Shown here: positions 52,079 to 61,802 of the stretch, one piece after another
Position numbering within the stretch: position 1 is the first letter of the stretch
How the letters are laid out: the number at the start of each line of letters is the position of its first letter
Source of the DNA: Nanobdellati archaeon
GTDB taxonomy: Archaea; EX4484-52; GLR71
Direction of reading: 5' to 3'
Length of the DNA: 64,000 bases
Assembly: GCA_019429005.1 (NCBI GenBank)
Contig: JAHYJR010000003.1
Location: 1-64,000, forward strand
The notes under the pieces: model-generated
The model's database searches: none
The model's input: only the letters and a program-made list of their open reading frames with translations
Told to the model about the DNA's origin: nothing
Made by a program: the position numbers and the translations under genes

Positions 52079-52254
52079 ATTAACCGGATTTTTTAGTGTA
52101 AATATCGTTAAAAATCGATATGTAATACATCAAACTGCTTAGATATAATTGTGTTTAAATGGTATATATAGTTTTATAAAAACAGATGCATAAGAAACAA
52201 AAAGTATAACTTAACAGTACTCAAATAAACTTAAAAAAACAATAAAAAACAGAT

Positions 52255-53181
52255 TTATTTTATCTTTTCGCGCAAAATACAAACTTTACAAACCTCATTT
52301 GAAGCTGGTTCACCACACATTTTACAAGTCGCAATCTCTGAACCCGAAAAATCTTTTCTAAAAACAGGAAGCGTCCTATCAAAAGACTTAACAATAGAAT
52401 ATTTTGTACCAGGATATTTATCTTCAAGAGAATTAATAATATCACGCATATCCCATCTAAAACTTTCACTAGCATAAGGACACTCGCCAAAATCAACATC
52501 AAACCCTTTAAGAAGAACATAAAGACCCGTATCTTTTTCAAGAACATTGCGCAAAGGCTTGATACGTGGTATAAATCGTTTATCCTCAATAACAAACGCT
52601 TTCGCACCCAAACGCACCTGACGAAGCATATCGCCACGCACATAATTTGCCATTATAGATTGAGATTCATCATCAAGATTATGTCCTATTACAAGCTTTG
52701 TAGCACCATATTTTCTTGCAGTTTTATTTAAAATATCACGTCTAAACACACCACAAAAAGTGCATGCTTTAAGTTTTGTTGAATCTCGCATAGAGACAAT
52801 CTGATCAAGAGTCTTGCCATACTCTTTTTTAAATGATGCAACATGAAGTTTCACACCAATCTCTTTACAAAACTTTTTTGATGAAACTAAACTTTTATTA
52901 CGATAGCCCTTAATACCTTCATCAATTATAACTGCAAAAATCTCTAAATCATCCCTTTTTAAGAAAAGTTTATTTAAAAAATATAATGTCAAAATTGAAT
53001 CTTTACCACCAGAAAGTGCAATACAAAGCTTATCATGTCTTTCAATAAGACTATTTTGACGTATCGTTTTACGGATTGTAGACTCAACACTTTCAAAAAA
53101 ATGTTTTCGGCAAAGTGCACGACCTTCATATTTTCGATATATTACTGCATCTTTTCCACAATTGCATTTTAAAACTTGCAT
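52255..53181 (-). CDS. ttuA: tRNA 2-thiolation protein (TtuA/Ncs6/Ctu1, TIGR00269-like)
   Basis: N-terminal CxC...LCRKH zinc finger, PP-loop ALSGGKDS, DEGI.GYR, CTFCGVFRR, GHNLDDE, CPY, C-terminal CxxC..CxxC. ATG 53181 lies about 24 nt downstream of a TTTAAAG TATA box. Confidence 0.92.
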   Translation of the reverse strand: MQVLKCNCGKDAVIYRKYEGRALCRKHFFESVESTIRKTIRQNSLIERHDKLCIALSGGKDSILTLYFLNKLFLKRDDLEIFAVIIDEGIKGYRNKSLVSSKKFCKEIGVKLHVASFKKEYGKTLDQIVSMRDSTKLKACTFCGVFRRDILNKTARKYGATKLVIGHNLDDESQSIMANYVRGDMLRQVRLGAKAFVIEDKRFIPRIKPLRNVLEKDTGLYVLLKGFDVDFGECPYASESFRWDMRDIINSLEDKYPGTKYSIVKSFDRTLPVFRKDFSGSEIATCKMCGEPASNEVCKVCILREKIK

Positions 53182-53241
53182 ACATCTATTAAAAGACAAA
53201 ACTTTAAAAAAAGAGAGATTTAGTACAGATATTTAAACTTT

Positions 53242-54288
53242 TTATTTAACAGATTGTGCTGAAATAGGCATATTTTCAACCACATACACATCATCAAACT
53301 TTACAAATAAAAGATATACAAATGACAAAATGCCTGTAAAAAACATCGCAATACGGAAAAAGAAAAACATTGTAAATGCAACCATCAAAGGATAAATAAA
53401 CTTAATAATATCAAAAAGATTTGAAAGCATCTGTAAATTATTATCTACGCTGCTAGAAACATCTAAATCATCAAACGTGGAATCAATTAAATCAAACTGT
53501 GCATCGATATTAGCTTTGACATCCTTATCAATATAAACCATACTGCTATTCAGCGCAGAAAAACATTTCTGACGTTCCAAAGGCGTAAGTCCATAAGATT
53601 CATCAAAAACAGAGTACAATAAAGCCTGCTCAAGACCCTCAAGCATCGCATAATTTGCATTTTTCTGAGACTCAATGGCTACACTCTGAATATCACCCAA
53701 ATCATCTTCAGACATATTAAGTGTTGAGGTAAGCATAGAATCAATTTCATTTGATGCCAAAAGCGGATTATTAAAAACATATATTAAAAGAGCAAATGTA
53801 AAAATCAATGAAAACACAGAAAATGCCTTTGATAAAGCCACCCCTGCAAGTTTCTTATATGGCGGTTTTTTATAAATATCAGAAATTTTTGCACCTTTAA
53901 AAACTATAAAAAATGAAATAAATACACTTAAACTTGCAACAATATTAAAAAACGTAAATCCACCAAAAAATAATGTGAAAATAGATAATAACAAAGGTGT
54001 TATAAGTATAGAATAATCGGATTTTAAATCAGCTATAACAATCTTAAAAAATATAATAAAAGGTATGGGCACAGTCAAAAGAAACATTATAAAATAACTG
54101 AAATTCATACCAAATGAAAAATCACCAGCAGACATTGCTGTAGAAATATTTGCACTAGGCGAGATAATCAAATCAAGATTAAAATGTGATAAGTATAAGA
54201 AAATAAAAGATAATATAAATGTAAAAACAACAAGCATAAGACCTTTATTTTTATCCATAATGACAACCATTTTAATATTATTTATCAT
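53242..54288 (-). CDS. Hypothetical multi-pass membrane protein with an extracytoplasmic helical loop
   Basis: About six hydrophobic segments and a ~120-aa acidic loop. Abuts the upstream gene; start may be a downstream ATG (MDKNKG). Confidence 0.7.
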   Translation of the reverse strand: MINNIKMVVIMDKNKGLMLVVFTFILSFIFLYLSHFNLDLIISPSANISTAMSAGDFSFGMNFSYFIMFLLTVPIPFIIFFKIVIADLKSDYSILITPLLLSIFTLFFGGFTFFNIVASLSVFISFFIVFKGAKISDIYKKPPYKKLAGVALSKAFSVFSLIFTFALLIYVFNNPLLASNEIDSMLTSTLNMSEDDLGDIQSVAIESQKNANYAMLEGLEQALLYSVFDESYGLTPLERQKCFSALNSSMVYIDKDVKANIDAQFDLIDSTFDDLDVSSSVDNNLQMLSNLFDIIKFIYPLMVAFTMFFFFRIAMFFTGILSFVYLLFVKFDDVYVVENMPISAQSVK

Positions 54289-57200
54289 ACTGTGTATTTC
54301 TCAAGAGTTTTCTGATTTGTTCCAACAGATTTAGATGATTTTGATTTAAAAACATCCTTTAATTTCTTAAAAAACTCTTTAACATCATGCTTAAAACCTA
54401 TAATAAATTTAGTCTGTTTGTTACGATACTCATAACTAAAAGAATTATTAGTATGTATTTTAGGTGCAACTGCTTTATGATGTGCAACAGCACCATGTGC
54501 AACAGCACCATGTGCAACAGCACCATGTGCAACAGCACCATGTGCAACAGCACCATGAGCAACAGCACCATGTGCAACAACAGTATTATAACTATGCTCA
54601 TGACCCGATTTAACTGTATCTGTTTTAGATTCAACATAATTCTTATATGCTAAATATAAAGCTGATTTACCTGGCATCATATAACCTTTATTATTATCAA
54701 AACCGGTCTCCTCTTTTGGTGGCAACCACATATACAGGAAAACACCAAGCATAATAATTATCAAAAATAAAACAAAAATAGTCTTAAATGTATCTAATCC
54801 GACATCAACTAAACCATTATGTACAAAACCTATATCTGAATCCAGTTTTGTTATAAGCTGTTCAATCTGATTCTTTTTATCGTATGCAGACTTATAATCG
54901 CCAACATTGACAGCACTTTTCAGATCTTTAAACAATGTATTAATATCACCTAAAGTCACATTCAAAACTTGATATTCACTATCATTAATCTTACCAATCA
55001 AGCTTTCAAGAACATCCTGAATTAAGGATATATTTGTTTCAATACCAGAAATACCATTAATCAGCACAGTCGTACTAGCATTATCAGGCAAAACAGAAAT
55101 AACAATAGAATCTGTTGTATTAAACTGTTCAGAACTGATTTTAACATTAATTGGTATATCTTTAATCCCTGTATTATTAGGCACTGTAATTTTAACAGAA
55201 TAAGTTGCAATCTGATCTTTACCAAGATATGAAATCAAATTTGGACTTATTGAATACCAATTACTTATGTTTTCACCAAAATCACTTGACGAAAATGCAA
55301 CTTTAAGATTTTTAACAGAGTAGGTCCCAGCATTTTTCAATTTTAAATCAAATGATTTACTTTCACCAACAACAATCTGTGGATTTGATTTATCAACAAG
55401 ATCAAATGAATAAGTATGAGGTAAACATTTATGTAAAGATACAAATTCTTTTGCAACATCACAGGATACAGAAGTACACACTGAATTAACACATGCTTTT
55501 GTAGATGAACAATCAGTATTCGATGTACAACTATCAGTATTTGTTGTCGTTGCTGTAGTTGATACTGGAGATTCTGCAGGTGGTGTAGTTACAACAGTAC
55601 AAGTAAATGTTGAGATTGGTTCATTAAGGTTTGAAGTTCTTTCAATCTTTATTGTTTTTGCACCAGAACACGAAGTTGGAATTACAAATGTATTAGCACC
55701 ATAAATTTGACCTAATGAATTTATAGATACAGTCTTTTGGAAAACATCATCAAAAGTAATATTTGCGTAAGTTTCAGATGCCGAAAAACCAGTTCCAGAC
55801 ACCGTAACTGTAATTGAATTCGCAACAATACCAGATTCTGGAGATATTGTAATAATTGGTTTTACAGTAAATACATTTGTAAATGTTTTACCATTAACAG
55901 TTATACTCTTCACACCTTCAATCAAAGTGCTTGACACAATGATTTGTTTTGATGTGAATGCACCATTAACAATCTCAAACGCAGAATGTGTCGTTGCTGA
56001 ACCACTAACAGTTATTGTGTTTGCACCTATTGTCTGATCTGAAAAACCCGTACCCGATAAAGTTATTATCTGGCCAGACGCACCATAACCAAGAATAGGT
56101 GTCAATGATAAAGTTGCAACAACAGTATAAGAATCAATAAATGTTTTCTCTTGGATTGTTATTGATTTTGAACCTTCACTAAGAGTCTCTGTAATTGTGA
56201 CCGAAACAGGTGCAAAAGTACCATCAGATGCAACAGTTATTGCAGCATGTGTAGTCGCAGAACCGCCTATAGTTATTGTATTTGCTAAAATTTGTCCAGG
56301 ACTGAAATAACTACCATTAATAATAACCACTCTTGATGCAGCACCAGTTCCAAAAGAAGGATTTACATAAATCAATGAATCCTCTAAATAAAAATTAGTA
56401 TCAAGACTGTAACCTTGAACTGAAAAACTACTCGCACCACCTGATAGTTCAGGCACAGTAAAGCTGAGATCTGTAAAAGAACCATTTACAGGCATAACAG
56501 CCCAATGCGTTCCAGAAACACCACCTATAGTTATATTGCTTGAACTTATAAGAGCATCTTTGAACCCAGTACCGTTTATAATTATATTTGTACCGTAAGT
56601 CCCAGATTGAACACTTGCTGAAATCTTTGGTTTTATTGCTATTGAAACCGGCGTTGGATTTGAAGTTCCAACAGTATCAATATTATAACTATTTTCAGGC
56701 ATTTCAACAACATTGAAACTTGCAGAGAAACTACCAAGATTTGTTGCGTTAACAGATGCAACAACAGTTCCATCAAAAATAACATTTACAGACTCATTTG
56801 AGGTAAATCCTGTTCCTGTAACAAAAATTGTGTCGCCTACATTTGTTTCTGTTACGTTCAAAAGTATTTTTGGATTAACTGTTAAAGTTTCAGAATCAGC
56901 CTCATCAGTATCAACAATATAAGTACCACTACTAATCTCGGGAACTGTAAACAACACTTTAAATGCACCATTACTAGATGAGATTTTATCTGTAGATTCA
57001 ATCACATTACCAACCAATAAATCAGATGGGATTGGATCATTTGTAACTGTTGTAAGATTTACACCATCAAAATCAATATAATAACCACCATAAGAATCAT
57101 TAAATCCTGTACCATACACAAGCACAACATCCCCAACATTAACAGATGTTGCATTTAAAACCAAATCAGCTAAATTTGTTGAAGTTGAATAAAAGAACGC

Positions 57201-60200
57201 GTCAGAAAAGACAACACCAAACACAGTCATATCTTTTACACCATAAGATTCATCTCCCAAATTTGGTATCTCAAACTTAAACCCATCATCAACACTAAAA
57301 TTACCATCAGAATATATTGTCCAGGGTACATGAGTACAATTTGTTGTATTTAAGAGAGTGGTATTCGCTAAAACAGAACCACTTGACTGATTAAAACCAT
57401 GACCAGTAAATTTTATTTTATAACCCGGACCACCAGACCTTGAAGTAAATCCTGTAATAAACGGAGATATATTAAAACCATCATTTCCATAAGTTGAAAT
57501 TGTTCCAGATAAATTACCATTCACACTCAACTGAACAAGACCAGCCAAATGATCCGGAACTATAATTGAAATATTAGACATAAATGTACCATCAGATTTT
57601 ACAGTAGTGCTTATTGGACTTCCAACTAACGGCAAAGTATCAAACTTAAAAGTATCAATACTTTCACCAGATACAAAACCGGTACCACTCAAAATAATAG
57701 TATCACCAAAATGACCACTATTTAAAGATAGTTTCAAACTAGGAACTAGATTAAAGGTATCATTTACAAATGATGCACTAAGATCTTGTACAGTAATCAC
57801 ACTATAACCACCAGATTTTCCAGAAACACTAGGTATTGTATAGTTCAATCCTGAAAAATAACCAGTTGATGGAATTACAATTTTATGTATACCTCTGACA
57901 CCATTAATAGCTATAGTATTCTGTAAAATAGCACCATCTTTAAAACCAGTACCTGTCAAAACAACAACATCACCGACACCCGCTGTGGTTATCACAGTCA
58001 CATTTATTGCAGGATTAACAGTAAAATTAACATCACTATATATTTGACCAGTTGAACCATCATTAGCACTTATTCGCCTTTGACCGTTTGTAGAATTAGG
58101 TATTGTGATATTAACATTAAAATTACCATTACTGATAGAATTTCCAGCACTAACCGAAACACCATCAAAATACACAACAAGATTACCACTCTGACCTGAA
58201 TTAAAACCAGTCCCCGTAACAAGAACAATATCACCAACAATACCAATTGAAGAGGAAATTACAACTTTAGGATCAATTGTTAATTGAGCTGATGCAGTCG
58301 TATTTGTACCAACCACTTGTACAGTGTAAGAACCTTGATTCTTATCAGAAGGTATTGTAAAAGTTATATTTGAAACAAAGTCACCATTACTTCCAACAAC
58401 AGTTGTTGATGAACTGATACTTGGACCACCAAAATAAATAGAACTAACAGTTTCACCAGGAACAAAACCAGTACCAAACACGTTTACAGTATCACCAATA
58501 TTGCCTGACGAATTATAAAGGATTAAATTTGGACTCAAAATAAATGATGTAGAAGTTGATGTAGTTCCAATAAAAGACGAACTACTTTGTATATGTGGTA
58601 TAGTCACATTTATAGAAAAAGCACCATTTGAATCAGTAACAAAAGTATCATCAAGAAAATAACTGGTTGATTTATTATACCTTATTGAATTCCCACCATC
58701 ATTTGCAGCAAAATTAGAACCATACACAGTTACAATATCACCAACATATCCCGAAGCGGCACTTAATTCAATCTTTGCAGTTTCTGAAACATTCGAATAA
58801 ATAAACAAAACATCACTAACACTACTAAATGCCGTAACATTACCAACCGCATCTACATAATAATAATTAACACCGCTTGGTTTATCCCCAACATCAACTT
58901 CAGATGAAAAAGTTCCATCTATACCAACTAAAATATTGCTAGACCCCCTAAGAATTCCACCAATAGTAACATTAACAATTTCGTCCGCAACAAATCCAGT
59001 ACCATTAACTAAAATAGTCTGACCCACAGCAGCTGAACTCTGATTCAATATCAACTTAGGAAGAATTGTAATATTACTGAGAGCAACAACAGTTGTCATA
59101 TTTTCATTACGAGACACATCAACAGTATAAACACCACCAGATAACGGAGGAACAACAAAATAATTAGATGCATTTGAAAATAACCCAGAACCAATAACCC
59201 CTGTTGGGATAACAACATTACCATTAAAAGTCACATTAAGTGATTCACTCACATTAAATCCATAACCAAAAACATAAACACTATCCCCTACATAAGCCGA
59301 ATCAGAACTAACATTAAGTTGCGGCGATACAATAAAACCTTCATCACTACGAGTTACAACAAGACCTGTACTAACACCAGAAACTGATACAGGATAACTT
59401 GAACTAGCATAACCAAATGGCAATTTAAACACAATCGGTGCTTCGAAACTACCATTAGCTAACACAATCGCTTTCTCAACCAAATATGTTGGAACAACAC
59501 TATTAAATTTAGCATTGCTTACAACATCACCATAAATAAAACCATACCCATTAATTGAAAGAGATTCACCTAAAATACCTGTTGTTGAATTAATAAGAAT
59601 TTTAGGAACAATAGAAAGCACTTTACTTGTCAAATTAGACTGTGATGTTGTAATATTAAGTGTTCTTGAAACAGCCGGAATATTTAAAGCAACATAGGGA
59701 ACTGTAAAATTATAATTAAATGTGCCGTTCACATTAGCCGAAATACTGTCATCATAAATAAAAACAAGAGCAGGATTTAAAAGACTGTAAGCCAAATCAC
59801 CAAAAGTCAGATTAATTTCACTTTCTAACGACTTAAAACCAGTACCTATTATCTCAATAACATCATTTGGACTCGGAGATGAAACATTCAACACAATTTT
59901 AGGCAAAACAGTAAATTCAAAAGTGATGCCTGTCGAATTATCACCACTCACAGTAACGTTCGTATTTGCAACATCAGATGCACTCTCAGGTATAATTATA
60001 TTAACTGAAAATAATCCATCACTTGTTGCATTCAAAGTATCATAACTTAAATTACCCTCATTGATAGCAGAAGTTACACCAGTCGCTGTAAAATTATAGA
60101 TAACATTACCACCAAAACTGACATTTAGATATTTCTCAACTGAAGCAAAACCATAACCATACACAGTTATAATATCACCGACATACCCTGAAGCAGTTGA

Positions 60201-60617
60201 TAAATTGACTTTAGGATTAATAGAAAAATTGCTTGAAGAATAAATAACATTTGACCCATTTGAACTAGTATAACAAAAACTTGTACTATTATAATAACAT
60301 AATCCTGTTACAGAAACAGTATAATTTGCCATGGATTTTAGAGGTACAATAAAAGATATCGTTGAATTGAAATTTCCAGTTGAATTTACAGGAACATCCA
60401 CAATATCAAATAATGTTGAACCAAAATAAACAAAACTTATTGTATCAGTTTCATTAAAACCAGTGCCAAAAATAGTAACATTTGTACCAACAACACCCGT
60501 TGAAACACTTAAACTTACCTGTGGTAAAGCATAAGCAGAAGATATTAACATCAAACTAAACAATAAAGAGACTAAAAACACAAACAATGATATCTTTTTC
60601 GGTATTTTATTAACCAT
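54285..60617 (-). CDS. Large surface protein (2,110 aa) with tandem IPT/TIG-like beta-sandwich repeats, C-terminal TM and His-repeat tail
   Basis: Signal peptide (...ISSAYA), many ~90-aa repeats with the P.(I/L)......G.VGD.(I/V).V.G.GF...G.F pattern, Cys-rich knot, helical stalk, TM TIFVLFLIIIMLGVFLYMWL. Confidence 0.85.
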   Translation of the reverse strand: MVNKIPKKISLFVFLVSLLFSLMLISSAYALPQVSLSVSTGVVGTNVTIFGTGFNETDTISFVYFGSTLFDIVDVPVNSTGNFNSTISFIVPLKSMANYTVSVTGLCYYNSTSFCYTSSNGSNVIYSSSNFSINPKVNLSTASGYVGDIITVYGYGFASVEKYLNVSFGGNVIYNFTATGVTSAINEGNLSYDTLNATSDGLFSVNIIIPESASDVANTNVTVSGDNSTGITFEFTVLPKIVLNVSSPSPNDVIEIIGTGFKSLESEINLTFGDLAYSLLNPALVFIYDDSISANVNGTFNYNFTVPYVALNIPAVSRTLNITTSQSNLTSKVLSIVPKILINSTTGILGESLSINGYGFIYGDVVSNAKFNSVVPTYLVEKAIVLANGSFEAPIVFKLPFGYASSSYPVSVSGVSTGLVVTRSDEGFIVSPQLNVSSDSAYVGDSVYVFGYGFNVSESLNVTFNGNVVIPTGVIGSGLFSNASNYFVVPPLSGGVYTVDVSRNENMTTVVALSNITILPKLILNQSSAAVGQTILVNGTGFVADEIVNVTIGGILRGSSNILVGIDGTFSSEVDVGDKPSGVNYYYVDAVGNVTAFSSVSDVLFIYSNVSETAKIELSAASGYVGDIVTVYGSNFAANDGGNSIRYNKSTSYFLDDTFVTDSNGAFSINVTIPHIQSSSSFIGTTSTSTSFILSPNLILYNSSGNIGDTVNVFGTGFVPGETVSSIYFGGPSISSSTTVVGSNGDFVSNITFTIPSDKNQGSYTVQVVGTNTTASAQLTIDPKVVISSSIGIVGDIVLVTGTGFNSGQSGNLVVYFDGVSVSAGNSISNGNFNVNITIPNSTNGQRRISANDGSTGQIYSDVNFTVNPAINVTVITTAGVGDVVVLTGTGFKDGAILQNTIAINGVRGIHKIVIPSTGYFSGLNYTIPSVSGKSGGYSVITVQDLSASFVNDTFNLVPSLKLSLNSGHFGDTIILSGTGFVSGESIDTFKFDTLPLVGSPISTTVKSDGTFMSNISIIVPDHLAGLVQLSVNGNLSGTISTYGNDGFNISPFITGFTSRSGGPGYKIKFTGHGFNQSSGSVLANTTLLNTTNCTHVPWTIYSDGNFSVDDGFKFEIPNLGDESYGVKDMTVFGVVFSDAFFYSTSTNLADLVLNATSVNVGDVVLVYGTGFNDSYGGYYIDFDGVNLTTVTNDPIPSDLLVGNVIESTDKISSSNGAFKVLFTVPEISSGTYIVDTDEADSETLTVNPKILLNVTETNVGDTIFVTGTGFTSNESVNVIFDGTVVASVNATNLGSFSASFNVVEMPENSYNIDTVGTSNPTPVSIAIKPKISASVQSGTYGTNIIINGTGFKDALISSSNITIGGVSGTHWAVMPVNGSFTDLSFTVPELSGGASSFSVQGYSLDTNFYLEDSLIYVNPSFGTGAASRVVIINGSYFSPGQILANTITIGGSATTHAAITVASDGTFAPVSVTITETLSEGSKSITIQEKTFIDSYTVVATLSLTPILGYGASGQIITLSGTGFSDQTIGANTITVSGSATTHSAFEIVNGAFTSKQIIVSSTLIEGVKSITVNGKTFTNVFTVKPIITISPESGIVANSITVTVSGTGFSASETYANITFDDVFQKTVSINSLGQIYGANTFVIPTSCSGAKTIKIERTSNLNEPISTFTCTVVTTPPAESPVSTTATTTNTDSCTSNTDCSSTKACVNSVCTSVSCDVAKEFVSLHKCLPHTYSFDLVDKSNPQIVVGESKSFDLKLKNAGTYSVKNLKVAFSSSDFGENISNWYSISPNLISYLGKDQIATYSVKITVPNNTGIKDIPINVKISSEQFNTTDSIVISVLPDNASTTVLINGISGIETNISLIQDVLESLIGKINDSEYQVLNVTLGDINTLFKDLKSAVNVGDYKSAYDKKNQIEQLITKLDSDIGFVHNGLVDVGLDTFKTIFVLFLIIIMLGVFLYMWLPPKEETGFDNNKGYMMPGKSALYLAYKNYVESKTDTVKSGHEHSYNTVVAHGAVAHGAVAHGAVAHGAVAHGAVAHGAVAHHKAVAPKIHTNNSFSYEYRNKQTKFIIGFKHDVKEFFKKLKDVFKSKSSKSVGTNQKTLEKYTV
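54481..54579 (+). repeat. 15-bp tandem repeat (TGTGCAACAGCACCA) x6 plus a partial copy, encoding (AVAHG)n on the minus strand
   Basis: Five exact copies, one copy with a single mismatch and one partial copy. Confidence 0.95.
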
Positions 60618-60762
60618 CTGATAAACCTTATAAATCGATTACTTAACAACTTCGCTAAAAACTATTATATATTTATGTGAATTGTTAAAAAATATTGATT
60701 TTTAACATCACATTTTGAACATCATATATCACTAAAATAATTAAGACATGTAAGTATAAATA

Positions 60763-61470
60763 TTAATATTCAATAAGGTTCTGTGCAATATCTGATATAA
60801 CTTTAGCAGGTTGAGATAAAGGCGAATAATCAACAACAGGCATACCTACAGCAATACTTTCCCTAACGTGCTTATGATCCTCAATTCTTGCAATAATGGG
60901 AACATCTAAAAATGAACCAATAGCATCTGATTTAATCTCAAAGGAATCGCCATGTATTTGATTGATAACAACACCTAATACAGTCTTAGACATATTATGA
61001 CATAACCTTAAAGCAAGAGCAACATTTGATACAGCAGTCAATTCAGGCGTAGTTACAAGCATAACTGCATCAGAACATGAAACGGCAGCATAAACTTCAG
61101 ATTCAATACCAGCTGCAACATCAATAATAACATAATCGTAATAACCAACAAGATTAGAAATCACATTTTTAAACCCAGACATATCACCATCTAACCTTGT
61201 AAGTGATGCTGGAATTATATCAACACCACTTCCATGACGATACATAGCACCCGATAAATCAATAGAACCATCAAGCACATCATTTAATGAATTATCATAC
61301 TGTACAAGCCCAAGATGAACACTTAAATTAGCTCCAGTTATATTAGCATCAATAACAGCTACACGTTTATCTAAATGACTTAATGCAACAACAAGATTGC
61401 TTACAAGCGTAGTCTTACCGACGCCACCTTTACCAGATATTACAGATATTACACGACTCACTCTAATCAT
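60763..61470 (-). CDS. minD: MinD/ParA family ATPase (archaeal MinD-like)
   Basis: Deviant Walker A SGKGGVGKTT, VAVIDANI..ANL, YDYVIIDVAAG, LVTTPE, GVVIN, VRES...G.PVV motifs. Confidence 0.88.
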   Translation of the reverse strand: MIRVSRVISVISGKGGVGKTTLVSNLVVALSHLDKRVAVIDANITGANLSVHLGLVQYDNSLNDVLDGSIDLSGAMYRHGSGVDIIPASLTRLDGDMSGFKNVISNLVGYYDYVIIDVAAGIESEVYAAVSCSDAVMLVTTPELTAVSNVALALRLCHNMSKTVLGVVINQIHGDSFEIKSDAIGSFLDVPIIARIEDHKHVRESIAVGMPVVDYSPLSQPAKVISDIAQNLIEY

Positions 61471-61614
61471 ATAAATTATAGCTTACAAGGTATAAAAATC
61501 TATCTTAAAGAACAAAAAATAATCTTTAACTTATAGAAAAAAACATTTGTCAAAATCAAATAAAAAGTATCCAAAAAATAGACTAAAACAGTTTAGAACC
61601 CCTTACTAAAACAG

Positions 61615-61716
61615 CTAAAAACAGATACAAAAACGACTAAAAACATATACAAAAACGACTAAAAACATATACAAAAACGACTAAAAACATATACAAAAAC
61701 GACTAAAAACATATAC
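61615..61716 (+). repeat. Intergenic 22-bp tandem repeat AAAAACGACTAAAAACATATAC x4 plus a degenerate partial copy
   Basis: Exact copies at 61629-61650, 61651-61672, 61673-61694 and 61695-61716; partial CTAAAAACAGATAC at 61615-61628. Confidence 0.95.
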
Positions 61717-61740
61717 AAAAGCACATTAAAAACTAAGATA

Positions 61741-61802
61741 AAATAAGAAAAAATAAATAGGGCGTTTAAGCCCTAAAAAATAAAATAAGGTTAAAAACCT
61801 TA
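61741..61802 (-). terminator. Double hairpin plus T-tract terminator of the S-layer gene
   Basis: Inverted repeats TAAGGTT-AAA-AACCTTA (61786-61802) and TAGGGC-GTTTAA-GCCCTA (61758-61775), each followed by T-rich runs on the minus strand. Confidence 0.65.

Noticed and set aside
54387-54653. Short ORFs with MCNST or MVLLH repeats
   Set aside because: Alternative-frame readings of the 15-bp tandem repeat inside the 2,110-aa gene.
9669-60617. Integrated conjugative element, provirus or other mobile island
   Set aside because: No integrase, transposase, relaxase, capsid gene or att-like repeat of the tRNA 3' end was seen. Housekeeping ttuA is interleaved and composition looks uniform.
61615-61716. 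Possible CRISPR array
   Set aside because: Repeats are directly adjacent with no unique spacers, and there are no cas genes in the window.
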